Assembly (NCBI GenBank): GCA_965208545.1
Contig: OZ242341.1
Span: 3,492,288-3,556,287, forward strand
Length of the DNA stretch: 64,000 nt
Reading direction: 5' to 3'
Source: Candidatus Poriferisocius sp.
Lineage (GTDB): Bacteria > Actinomycetota > Acidimicrobiia > Acidimicrobiales > Bin134
Part shown: in pieces, positions 15,937 through 24,986 of the stretch
Layout of the letters: each line of letters begins with the position of its first letter
Position numbering within the stretch: the stretch's first letter is position 1
The notes under the pieces: generated by a model
Seen by the model: only the letters and a program-made list of their open reading frames with translations
Database searches by the model: none
Told to the model about the DNA's origin: nothing
Position numbers and translations under genes: made by a program

Positions 15937-17177
15937 AGGAATACCTCTCTCTCGAAACCATCGATCAGGTTCTCGACCCGGCCCATTTCTTCCATGATGT
16001 GACGGGGGTCGAGATTCCCGACCAGCACACCCGACTCGTCGCACACCGCGATTGAAAGGCCGCGGCCAGCGGCGGCGTATACCTCGTTGAGGCGGTCGTC
16101 GGGGCCGCAGCGCTCGAAGTCGGTGCGAAGCGCACGAGCCAGATCAGTGGTACCCATGCTGGCAGCCCGGGCCGCGTCTTCGACTGTCAACAGATGGGTG
16201 GGCGCACCTGCGGCATCTAGCACGAACGCACCGATGCGGTCACCCATAGCACTGAGGGCCTCGGCGATGGTGGCACTGGCGGCAACGGGTGCCGGCACTT
16301 GCATGACCTCGTGTACCTGGATGACGCGGCCTTGGTCGACATCCTGCACAAACTCAGCCACATACCCGGTGGCCGGCTCAGTGAGGATCTCCTCGGGCGT
16401 GCCGATCTGCACGACGGCACCGTCCTTCATGATGCACACCCGATCGCCAATGCGCAATGCTTCGTTGAGGTCGTGGGTGATGAACAGGATGGTTTTGTGA
16501 AGCTCGCTCTGGATCTCCAGAAGCTCGTCCTGCATCTGACGGCGGATCAACGGGTCGAGAGCACTGAAGGCTTCGTCCATCAGCAGTATTTCAGGGTCCG
16601 AGGCCAGCGCTCGGGCCAGGCCGACCCGCTGCTGCATCCCGCCGGAGAGCTCGGCCGGCCTGTTCTGCGAATAGGCGTCTAGGCCGACCAACGCCAAAGC
16701 CCGCATGGCCGATTCGTTGCGGACGGCCTTGTCCACGCCCTGGACTTTGAGGCCGTAGCTCACGTTGTCGATGACGTTGCGGTGCGGGAACAGTGCGAAG
16801 TGCTGGAACACCATCCCCATCTGGCTCCTGCGGAAAGCCTGAAGCTCTGAACCTTCGAGAGACTGCACGTCGATGCCCTCGACTGTGACGGTGCCCGCAG
16901 TGATGTCGTGAAGCTTGTTGACGGTGCGAATGGCGGTGGACTTGCCCGATCCGGACAAGCCCATTACGACGAAAATCTCGCCCCTGGGCACCGAGAAAGA
17001 CACGTTGTCGAGGCCGACCACATGTCCGGTCTCGGCCTGAACTTCGTCTTTGCCCATCCCTGAGCTGGCCAGTTCAAAAGCTCGGCCGCCGGGCTGAGGA
17101 CCGAAAATCTTGTAGACGCCGTCCAGGACGATGATGTCATCGCCCACCTGTGCCATAGGACTCCTCCCGCCAGCCAA
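15933..17177 (-). CDS. proV: Glycine betaine/proline-type ABC transporter ATP-binding protein with C-terminal CBS region
   Basis: Walker A GLSGSGKST, signature LSGGMQQRVGLARAL, Walker B ILLMDEAFSALD. The ~130-aa C-terminal tail is typical of ProV/OpuAA. Confidence 0.9.
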   Translation of the reverse strand: MAGGRSPMAQVGDDIIVLDGVYKIFGPQPGGRAFELASSGMGKDEVQAETGHVVGLDNVSFSVPRGEIFVVMGLSGSGKSTAIRTVNKLHDITAGTVTVEGIDVQSLEGSELQAFRRSQMGMVFQHFALFPHRNVIDNVSYGLKVQGVDKAVRNESAMRALALVGLDAYSQNRPAELSGGMQQRVGLARALASDPEILLMDEAFSALDPLIRRQMQDELLEIQSELHKTILFITHDLNEALRIGDRVCIMKDGAVVQIGTPEEILTEPATGYVAEFVQDVDQGRVIQVHEVMQVPAPVAASATIAEALSAMGDRIGAFVLDAAGAPTHLLTVEDAARAASMGTTDLARALRTDFERCGPDDRLNEVYAAAGRGLSIAVCDESGVLVGNLDPRHIMEEMGRVENLIDGFEREVFL

Positions 17178-17239
17178 CGCTCCGTAACCGTAGTACGTCC
17201 CGTCTGGCGGTGTCGTTGGCTTCGGGATCCCCTAGCGGG

Positions 17240-18139
17240 TCACCGGCGACGGCGGAGGCGGCGGGCGTGGGCTTCGAGTTGCTTACGCTGCTTGCGGGTC
17301 AGGCTTTCCAGACCTTGGCTGGCTACCTGGTCAAGCAGAGCATCCATCTCGGGGGTGACCGACTCGTCACGGGTCGGAACCGCCCGCAAATGGTCTCGAC
17401 TCCGGGACCGTCGACGAGACCTCGAATGCCGAGGTTCGGTCGCAGTCTGACCCGAGCTTGACGCGAGCGACAGCTTCGGAATCCACGTGAGGTTGGTGGC
17501 GTAGCCGAATGCTCTGATGCCGAGCAGTGCCACGGCTACGGTGCAGGCCAGCACGATCAGCGCAAACCAATTGCGGTTGCTGGTGTATTGCAGAACATCA
17601 AGTCCCACTATGACTATCGCGATCACCCAGCCCGGGATGCCGGGCCAGAACCGGGCGTGGGCGTACTGGGCGGCGAAGGCCACCAAGACGCCGACCTCCA
17701 CCATCCGTAGGCCAGCTACGCCTCCGCTGACCCCCGTTAGGACCTCCAGCGCGGTGACCACAACGGCAGGGATGACGGTTAGGGCGACAAGGAAGAACGC
17801 GAATCGCCACCGTCCAAGGAGGGACTCGATCTGGGAGCCCAGCATGTAAAAGATGGCGAACAGGATGATCGTCCAGAAACTGATCTCATTGGGAATGGGC
17901 CAGGTGACCAGCCTCCAGACCTCCCCTTCCAGAACACTGCCAAGGGGCATGCCCCGAAAGGTGAGGTCCTCTGACAGCAGCACCAGATTCCGGTAGAGCG
18001 GTCCGTATTGGCCTTCAGCTGCGGTGACAACCATCGAAATGATGCCCAGGCCGACTACAAACGCGGTGGTGGAAACCGGGAATGTTCCGATGCGGAACCA
18101 GGGGTCGTCGCTGTAGCCGAAGCGCCGTGAGGGATACAT
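17240..18139 (-). CDS. Rhomboid-like polytopic membrane protein (possibly non-catalytic)
   Basis: GEVWRLVTW, GSQIESLLGRWRF and TGVSGGVAGL resemble rhomboid TM2 and TM4 motifs. The His/Asn motifs are not clear. The C-terminal tail is basic. Confidence 0.45.
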   Translation of the reverse strand: MYPSRRFGYSDDPWFRIGTFPVSTTAFVVGLGIISMVVTAAEGQYGPLYRNLVLLSEDLTFRGMPLGSVLEGEVWRLVTWPIPNEISFWTIILFAIFYMLGSQIESLLGRWRFAFFLVALTVIPAVVVTALEVLTGVSGGVAGLRMVEVGVLVAFAAQYAHARFWPGIPGWVIAIVIVGLDVLQYTSNRNWFALIVLACTVAVALLGIRAFGYATNLTWIPKLSLASSSGQTATEPRHSRSRRRSRSRDHLRAVPTRDESVTPEMDALLDQVASQGLESLTRKQRKQLEAHARRLRRRR

Positions 18140-18141
18140 GG

Positions 18142-20415
18142 CTATTGGTGGCGCATGGCGTGGGCCATCTCGGCGTCGAAATCAAATGGGGGCAGCGGGC
18201 CGGTCTCGATGACCAATGATGCCAGGCCCTCGGGGGCTTCGAACGGCGGTTGGTAGTCGTCGCACACCGGGAAAGGGCGGCCATAGCCCACGGTTAGAAA
18301 GGCTCCATCGGGGGACCAGCTGGTAGGCAGGGGTACCGGTTGCGCCCCCAGGCCGATCTCAACTCCGTCAGCAGTGAGCGTCACCTTGAACGAGCCATCC
18401 TCGGTTGGGGCCAACTCAGCACCCACCAACCGGGCACCAGATGGGATGGGGGCGACGGCCCGGCGCTCCCGCCCGTGTACCACCGCCACCCAACGGAGCT
18501 GGCCATCGGCCAAGAACATCGCCCAGCCGGAGATCCAATCGCCCTGCTCACAGATGATGCCAACGGCACCCTCGGGCAAGCCTTTGGGGAAAGCGGCCAC
18601 AGCTCGGTAGCCTCCGAACTGCAACGGACCAGTGGTTTCATGCACCTTGTCGCCGGGGACCAGTTCGTATCGCGATCGCAGCGACATCCAGGGGGCGTAC
18701 ATGTGGGCGATGCGGTTGTTCTGCGTGTCATCGAGGGGGAGCACCCCGTTGCGGTCGGCCTCGGCGTCCCACAATTCGATCATTTCGGAAAGCTTTTCGG
18801 GGTGCTGGTCGGCCAGATTCCGAGACTCGATGGGATCGGCCAGGGTATCGAACAGCTCCCACTCGTCTTCGGCGAAGTCATGGCTGCCCACGATGGCGTC
18901 TCTATCAGCGGCGGTGAACTGGTTGACGTGGTTGGTGACCGCCTTCCAGCCCTGGTGGTACATGGCCCGGCTGCCCCAACACTCGTAGTACTGGCTGGTG
19001 CGGGCGGCGCCGGGATCATCGTCGACGACGATTCGCCGCATGCTGGCGCCATCGAATGACATCTGCTCCACCCCGTCGAACATTGTCGGGGGCTGTACCC
19101 CGGCCAAATCCAGAATCGTGGGCATCACATCAGTCACGTGGGAATACTGATGGCGAAGTTCGCCCGCCGTGGCGATACCGGCTGGCCACGACAAGATCAA
19201 GGGGTCGCGCACTCCCCCTTCAAATGTGTACCGCTTCCACCGGCGGAAGGGGGTGTTGCCGGCCAGGGCCCACCCCCAGGGATAGTGCCCATAGGAGCGG
19301 ATCCCGCCGAGGTCGTCGTAGTGGGACAGCTCCAGCTCCAGGTCGTCTTCTCCCTCGCTGATGTAGTGGCGGATCTGGTTCCAGGTGCCGTCGGGCCCGC
19401 CCTCGGGCGAGCTGCCATTGTCGGAGATCAAGGCCACTACGGTGTTTTCGGCCTCGCCGGTCGACTCCAAATGGTCGAGCACTCGGCCGATGTGGTGGTC
19501 GGCGTGGCTCACGGTTCCGGCGTACACCTCCATCATGCGGGCATACAGCCGTTGGCGGACGGGGTCGACATTGTCCCAGGGCTCGACCCATTCGGGTCGC
19601 TCGGATAGTGCGACGTCGCCAGGAATGATTCCCATCTCCTTCTGACGGGCCAGCACCTCTTCTCGCCACACGTCCCAACCTTGGTCGAACTGCCCGGCAT
19701 AGCGATCGATCCACTCCAGGGGTGCATGGTGGGGGGCGTGGGGTGTGCCGGTGGCGTACCACATCATGAACGGCCGATTGGGGTCGGCCAGTCGAAGGTT
19801 GCGCAGGTAGTTGATGGCTTGGTCGGCAAGGTCGCCGTCGAGGTGGTAACCCTCCTCTGGGGTGGCGGGTGGTTCGATATAGGTCTGGTCGCGAATGAGC
19901 TTGGGGGTCCACTGGCTGGTCTCCGCGTCTATGAACCCGTAGTAGTGGTCGAACCCGACTCCGGTGGGCCACGTGTTATATGGCCCGGCGGCCCGCTGGT
20001 CCCGGGGCGTGAGGTGCCACTTCCCCACCGCGAAGGTGGCCCAACCCTCGGCTGCCAGGTATTGCGCCAACGTCCCAGCAGAATCGGGGATCTGTCCGTT
20101 GTAGCCGGGAAAGTTGACGGGTAGGTCGGTGACCATCCCAATCCCCACCCGATGGTGATTGCGCCCGGTGAGCAAGCAGGCACGGGTGGGAGAGCAGATC
20201 GCGGTGGTGTGGAAATTGGTGAACCGCAGACCCCGGCCAGCCAGGCGGTCGAGGTTGGGCGTGTCGATGTCGGAGCCATAACACCCGAGCTGAGCGAACC
20301 CGAGGTCGTCCAACACGATGACCATCACATTGGGGGCTTCGGGATCGTAGGGCCGAGGCACTGGCGGTGACGTTGATTCGGCCAGGGTGAGCCCGATGCG
20401 GTGCTCGGAGGACAC
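18142..20415 (-). CDS. Arylsulfatase (Cys-type, AtsA-like, ~757 aa), paralog 1
   Basis: Formylglycine motif CSPTRACLLTGRNHH and N-terminal VIVLDDLGFAQLGCYGS. GTG start. A 2-nt gap separates it from paralog 2. Confidence 0.9.
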   Translation of the reverse strand: MSSEHRIGLTLAESTSPPVPRPYDPEAPNVMVIVLDDLGFAQLGCYGSDIDTPNLDRLAGRGLRFTNFHTTAICSPTRACLLTGRNHHRVGIGMVTDLPVNFPGYNGQIPDSAGTLAQYLAAEGWATFAVGKWHLTPRDQRAAGPYNTWPTGVGFDHYYGFIDAETSQWTPKLIRDQTYIEPPATPEEGYHLDGDLADQAINYLRNLRLADPNRPFMMWYATGTPHAPHHAPLEWIDRYAGQFDQGWDVWREEVLARQKEMGIIPGDVALSERPEWVEPWDNVDPVRQRLYARMMEVYAGTVSHADHHIGRVLDHLESTGEAENTVVALISDNGSSPEGGPDGTWNQIRHYISEGEDDLELELSHYDDLGGIRSYGHYPWGWALAGNTPFRRWKRYTFEGGVRDPLILSWPAGIATAGELRHQYSHVTDVMPTILDLAGVQPPTMFDGVEQMSFDGASMRRIVVDDDPGAARTSQYYECWGSRAMYHQGWKAVTNHVNQFTAADRDAIVGSHDFAEDEWELFDTLADPIESRNLADQHPEKLSEMIELWDAEADRNGVLPLDDTQNNRIAHMYAPWMSLRSRYELVPGDKVHETTGPLQFGGYRAVAAFPKGLPEGAVGIICEQGDWISGWAMFLADGQLRWVAVVHGRERRAVAPIPSGARLVGAELAPTEDGSFKVTLTADGVEIGLGAQPVPLPTSWSPDGAFLTVGYGRPFPVCDDYQPPFEAPEGLASLVIETGPLPPFDFDAEMAHAMRHQ

Positions 20416-20417
20416 GG

Positions 20418-22691
20418 CTACTGGTGGCGCATGGCGTGGGCCATCTCGGCGTCGAAATCGAATGGGGGCAGCGGTCCTGTCTCAATGACCAATGAGGCCA
20501 AGCCCCCAGGGGCTTCGAACGGGGGCTGGTAGTCGTCGCACACCGGAAAGGGACGGCCAAATCCCACGGTAAGGAAGGCTCCGTCAGGAGCCCAGGTGGT
20601 GGGAAGGGGCACCGGCTCGGCACCCTGGCCGATTTCGGCTTCATCGGCGGTGAGCGTCATCGTGAATAGACCGTCTTCGGTCGGGGCCAGCTCGGTGCCA
20701 ACAAAGCGCGCCCCAACCGGGACAGGGGCGATTACCCGGTATTCCCTCCCGTGCACCACCGCCACCCAGCGGAGCTCGCCGTCAGCCAGAAACATCACCC
20801 AACCGGAGATCCAATCGCCCTGCTCGCAGATGATGCCAGCAGCACCCTGGGGCAAGCCGCCAGGAAATGCGGCCACGGCCCGGTAGCCGCCGAATTGCAA
20901 CGGTCCTGAGGCTTCATGCACCTGGTCGCCCGGGACCAGTTCGTAACGAGACCGCAGCGACATCCAGGGGGCGTACATGTGGGCGATCCGGTTGACCGCG
21001 GTGTCGTCAATGGGTAGCACCCCATTGCGGTCAGCCTCGGCGTCCCACAACTCCACCAGATCGGCCAGCTTCTCAGGGTGTTGGTCGGCCAGGTTGTGCG
21101 ATTCGGTTGGATCGGCCTCGGTGTCGAACAGCTCCCACTCGTCTTCGGCGAAGTCGTGGCTGCCCACGATGGCGTCTCGCTCGGCTGCGGTGAGCTGGTT
21201 GACGTGATTGGTGACCGCCTTCCAACCCTGGTGGTACATGGCTCGGCTGCCCCAGCACTCGTAGTACTGGCTGGTGCGGTGGTCGGGGGAGCCAGCGTTG
21301 TCGAGCACGGTCCGCATGCTGACGCCGTCGAACGACATCTGCTCCACCCCGCCGAACACGGTCGGGGGCTGCACTCCGGCCAGATCCAGAATCGTGGGCA
21401 TCACGTCGGTCACGTGGCAGTACTGGTGGCGCAACTCTCCCCGAGCAGTCATCCCGGCCGGCCACGACAAGATCAGGGGGTCGCGCACTCCGCCCTCGAA
21501 GGTGTACCGCTTCCACCGGCGAAAGGGGGTGTTGCCGGCCAGCGCCCATCCCCAGGGATAGTGCCCGGAGGAACGGAACCCGCCAAGGTCGTCTAAGTGG
21601 GACAACTCCAACTCCAGGTCGTCGGGATCGTCGCTGATGACGTGACGGTTGTGGTTCCAGCTTCCGTTGGGACCCCCTTCGGCCGAGGCACCGTTATCGG
21701 AGATGAGAGCGACCACAGTGTTGTCGGCATCACCCGATTGCTCGAGATAGTCCAGAATTCGGCCGATGTGGTGGTCGGCGTGACTCAAGAACCCGGCGTA
21801 CACCTCCATCATGCGGGCATACAGACGCTGGCGCTCGGGGTCGATCTCATCCCAAGGCTCGACCCACTCGGGTCGAGCCGACAACCCCACATCGGCGGCG
21901 ATGACCCCCATTTCCTTTTGGCGGATCAGCACCCCTTCTCGCCACACGTCCCAACCGCGGTCGAATTGCCCGGCATAGCGATCGATCCACTCCGGGGGGG
22001 CTTGGTGGGGAGCGTGGGGGGCACCGGTGGCGTACCACAGCATGAACGGCCGATCGGGGTCGGCCAGCCGCAGGTTGCGCATGTAGTTGATGGCTTGGTC
22101 GGCCAGGTCGCCTTCGACGTGGTATCCCTCCTCCGGGGTGGCCGGTGGCTCGATATACGTCTTGTCGCGGATGAGCTGGGGGGTCCATTGATTGGTCAGC
22201 CCGTTGAGGAACCCGTAGTAATGATCGAACCCAACCCCGGTGGGCCAGGTGTGATACGGCCCGGCGGCCCGCTGGTCGCGGGGGGTGAGGTGCCACTTCC
22301 CCACCGCGAAGGTGGCCCAGCCCTCAGCTCCCAGGTAGTGGGCCAACGTCCCGGCAGAATCGGGGATCTGCCCGTTATAGCCGGGGAAGTTGATGGGCAT
22401 GTCGGTGAGCATGCCCACCCCGACCCGATGGTGATTGCGCCCGGTGAGCAGGCAGGCCCGGGTCGGCGAGCAAACCGCGGTGGTGTGGAAGTTGGTGAAC
22501 CGCAACCCCCGGGCCGCTAGGCGGTCCAAGTTGGGGGTGTCGATGTCGGAGCCATAACACCCCAGTTGAGAGAAACCGAGGTCGTCCATCACGATGACCA
22601 GCACGTTGGGGGCGTGGGGGTCGTAGGGCCGCGGCACCGGCGGCGAGGTCGATTCGGCCAGGGTGAGCCCGATGCGGTGCTCGGAGGACAT
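20418..22691 (-). CDS. Arylsulfatase, paralog 2
   Basis: Same motifs as paralog 1 (CSPTRACLLTGRNHH), and collinear with paralogs 1 and 3 along the full length. Confidence 0.9.
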   Translation of the reverse strand: MSSEHRIGLTLAESTSPPVPRPYDPHAPNVLVIVMDDLGFSQLGCYGSDIDTPNLDRLAARGLRFTNFHTTAVCSPTRACLLTGRNHHRVGVGMLTDMPINFPGYNGQIPDSAGTLAHYLGAEGWATFAVGKWHLTPRDQRAAGPYHTWPTGVGFDHYYGFLNGLTNQWTPQLIRDKTYIEPPATPEEGYHVEGDLADQAINYMRNLRLADPDRPFMLWYATGAPHAPHQAPPEWIDRYAGQFDRGWDVWREGVLIRQKEMGVIAADVGLSARPEWVEPWDEIDPERQRLYARMMEVYAGFLSHADHHIGRILDYLEQSGDADNTVVALISDNGASAEGGPNGSWNHNRHVISDDPDDLELELSHLDDLGGFRSSGHYPWGWALAGNTPFRRWKRYTFEGGVRDPLILSWPAGMTARGELRHQYCHVTDVMPTILDLAGVQPPTVFGGVEQMSFDGVSMRTVLDNAGSPDHRTSQYYECWGSRAMYHQGWKAVTNHVNQLTAAERDAIVGSHDFAEDEWELFDTEADPTESHNLADQHPEKLADLVELWDAEADRNGVLPIDDTAVNRIAHMYAPWMSLRSRYELVPGDQVHEASGPLQFGGYRAVAAFPGGLPQGAAGIICEQGDWISGWVMFLADGELRWVAVVHGREYRVIAPVPVGARFVGTELAPTEDGLFTMTLTADEAEIGQGAEPVPLPTTWAPDGAFLTVGFGRPFPVCDDYQPPFEAPGGLASLVIETGPLPPFDFDAEMAHAMRHQ

Positions 22692-22693
22692 GG

Positions 22694-24964
22694 CTATTGG
22701 TGGCGCATGGCGTGGGCCATCTCGGCGTCGAAGTCGAATGGGGGCAGCGGTCCTGTCTCAATGACCAATGAGGCCAGGGCTTTGGGAGCCTCAAACGGTG
22801 GCTCGTAGTCGTCGCACACTGGGAAGGGGCGGCCAAAGCCCACGGTGAGAAAGGCCCCGTCGGGCGCCCAGTTGGTGGGCAGGGGCACCGGCTTTGCACC
22901 CTGGCCGATCTCGGCCTCGTCGGCAGTGAGCGTGACGGTGAACAGCCCGTCGTCGGTCGGGTCCAGCACCGCACCCACAAAGCGCGCTCCGGTCGGAACG
23001 GCAGCGGCGGCCCGGTGCTCCCGTCCGTGCACGACCGCCACCCAGCGGAGCTCACCGTCAGCCAAGAAGAGTGCCCAACCTGCAATCCAATCCCCTTGCT
23101 CGCAGATGATTCCGGTGGCGCCTTCGGGGAGACCATCGGGAAAGGCGGCCAGCGCCCGGTAGCCGCCGAACTGCATCGGCCCCGCGGCCTCGTGCACCTT
23201 GTCGCCGGGGACCAGTTCGTAGCGGGATCGCAGCGACATCCAAGGGGCGTACATGTGGGCAATGCGGTTCATGGCGGTGTCGTCGAGAGGCAGCACCCCA
23301 TTGCGATCGGCCTCGGCGTTCCACAACTCCACAAGTTCGGCCAGCTTTTCGGGGTGCTGTTCGGCCAGATTGTGCGACTCGGTGGGATCGGCCACGGTGT
23401 CGAACAACTCCCATTCGTCGTCGGCGAAATCGTGGCTGCCCACGATGGCGTCCCGCTCGGCGGCGGTGAGCTGGTTGACGTGGTTGGTGACCGCCTTCCA
23501 ACCGTCGTTGTACATGGCCCGGCTGCCCCAGCACTCGTAGTACTGGCTGGTACGGGCGGCGCCGGGATCATCATCGCCGATTATCGGCCGCATGCTGACG
23601 CCGTCGAACGACATCTGCTCCACCCCGCCGAACACAGTCGGTGCCTGTACCCCGGCCAAATCCAGGATCGTGGGCATCACATCAGTGACGTGGCTGTACT
23701 GATGGCGGAGTTCGCCCTGCGCAGCGATTCCAGCCGGCCAAGACAGGATCAAGGGGTCGCGCACTCCCCCTTCGAAGGTGTACCGCTTCCACCGGCGGAA
23801 AGGGGTGTTGCCTGCCAGGGCCCATCCCCAGGGATAGTGGCCAGAGGAGCGGAACCCGCCGAGGTCGTCGTAGTGGGCCAGCTCCAGTTCTAGATCGTCT
23901 TCTTCGTCGCTTATGTAGTGACGGATCTGGTTCCAACTGCCGTTGGGCCCACCTTCGGCTGAAGAGCCGTTGTCGGAGATCAACGCCACCACGGTGTTGT
24001 CGGCCTCGCCCGACTGCTCGAGATAGTCCAGTAGTCGGCCGATGTGGTGGTCGGCATGGCTCAAGAACCCGGCGTACACCTCCATCATGCGGGAATACAG
24101 ACGCTGGCGCTCGGGGTCGATCTCATCCCAAGGCTCGACCCACTCGGGTCGAGCCGACAATTCCACATCAGCAGCGATGACCCCCATCTCCTTTTGACGG
24201 GCCAGTACTTCCCCTCGCCAAACATCCCACCCCTGGTCGAATTGCCTGGCGTAGCGGTCGATCCACTCTGGAGGCGCCTGGTGGGGGGCATGGGGAGTAC
24301 CGGTGGCGTACCACATCATGAACGGCCGATCGGGATCGGCCAGCCGCAATCCCCGCAGGTAGTTGATGGCCTGCGCAGCCAGATCGGCATCAAGGTGGTA
24401 TCCCTCCTCCGGGGTGGAGGGGGGCTCGATGTAGGTCTGGTTGCGTATGAGCTGGGGGGTCCACTGGTTGGTCTCCCCGTTGAGGAACCCGTAGTAGTGG
24501 TCGAACCCGACCCCGGTCGGCCAGGTGTGATACGGCCCCGCAGCCCGCTGATCGCGCGGCGTGAGATGCCACTTCCCCACCGCGAAGGTGGCCCAACCCT
24601 CGGCGCCCAGGTATTGGGCCAAGGTTCCCGCGGAATCGGGAATCTGACCGTTATAGCCGGGGAAGTTGATGGGCATGTCGGTGAGCATGCCTACCCCGAC
24701 CCGATGGTGATTTCGCCCGGTGAGCAGACAGGCCCGGGTGGGCGAGCAGACTGCGGTGGTGTGGAAGTTGGTGAACCGCAGCCCCCGAGCCGCCAGTCGG
24801 TCCAAGTTGGGGGTGTCGATGTCTGAGCCATAGCAACCGAGCTGGGCGAAGCCGAGGTCGTCCATCACGATGACCAGCACGTTGGGGGCGTCGGGGTCGT
24901 AGGGCCGCGGCACCGGCGGCGAGGTCGAATCGGCCAGGGTGAGCCCGATGCGGTGTTCGGTCAT
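22694..24964 (-). CDS. Arylsulfatase, paralog 3
   Basis: Same motifs. The start was chosen at MTEHRIGLTL (ATG 24964) by alignment with the paralog N-termini. The ORF track extends to 25039. Confidence 0.88.
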   Translation of the reverse strand: MTEHRIGLTLADSTSPPVPRPYDPDAPNVLVIVMDDLGFAQLGCYGSDIDTPNLDRLAARGLRFTNFHTTAVCSPTRACLLTGRNHHRVGVGMLTDMPINFPGYNGQIPDSAGTLAQYLGAEGWATFAVGKWHLTPRDQRAAGPYHTWPTGVGFDHYYGFLNGETNQWTPQLIRNQTYIEPPSTPEEGYHLDADLAAQAINYLRGLRLADPDRPFMMWYATGTPHAPHQAPPEWIDRYARQFDQGWDVWRGEVLARQKEMGVIAADVELSARPEWVEPWDEIDPERQRLYSRMMEVYAGFLSHADHHIGRLLDYLEQSGEADNTVVALISDNGSSAEGGPNGSWNQIRHYISDEEDDLELELAHYDDLGGFRSSGHYPWGWALAGNTPFRRWKRYTFEGGVRDPLILSWPAGIAAQGELRHQYSHVTDVMPTILDLAGVQAPTVFGGVEQMSFDGVSMRPIIGDDDPGAARTSQYYECWGSRAMYNDGWKAVTNHVNQLTAAERDAIVGSHDFADDEWELFDTVADPTESHNLAEQHPEKLAELVELWNAEADRNGVLPLDDTAMNRIAHMYAPWMSLRSRYELVPGDKVHEAAGPMQFGGYRALAAFPDGLPEGATGIICEQGDWIAGWALFLADGELRWVAVVHGREHRAAAAVPTGARFVGAVLDPTDDGLFTVTLTADEAEIGQGAKPVPLPTNWAPDGAFLTVGFGRPFPVCDDYEPPFEAPKALASLVIETGPLPPFDFDAEMAHAMRHQ

Positions 24965-24986
24965 GGGACCAGAAGATAGGCGATGG

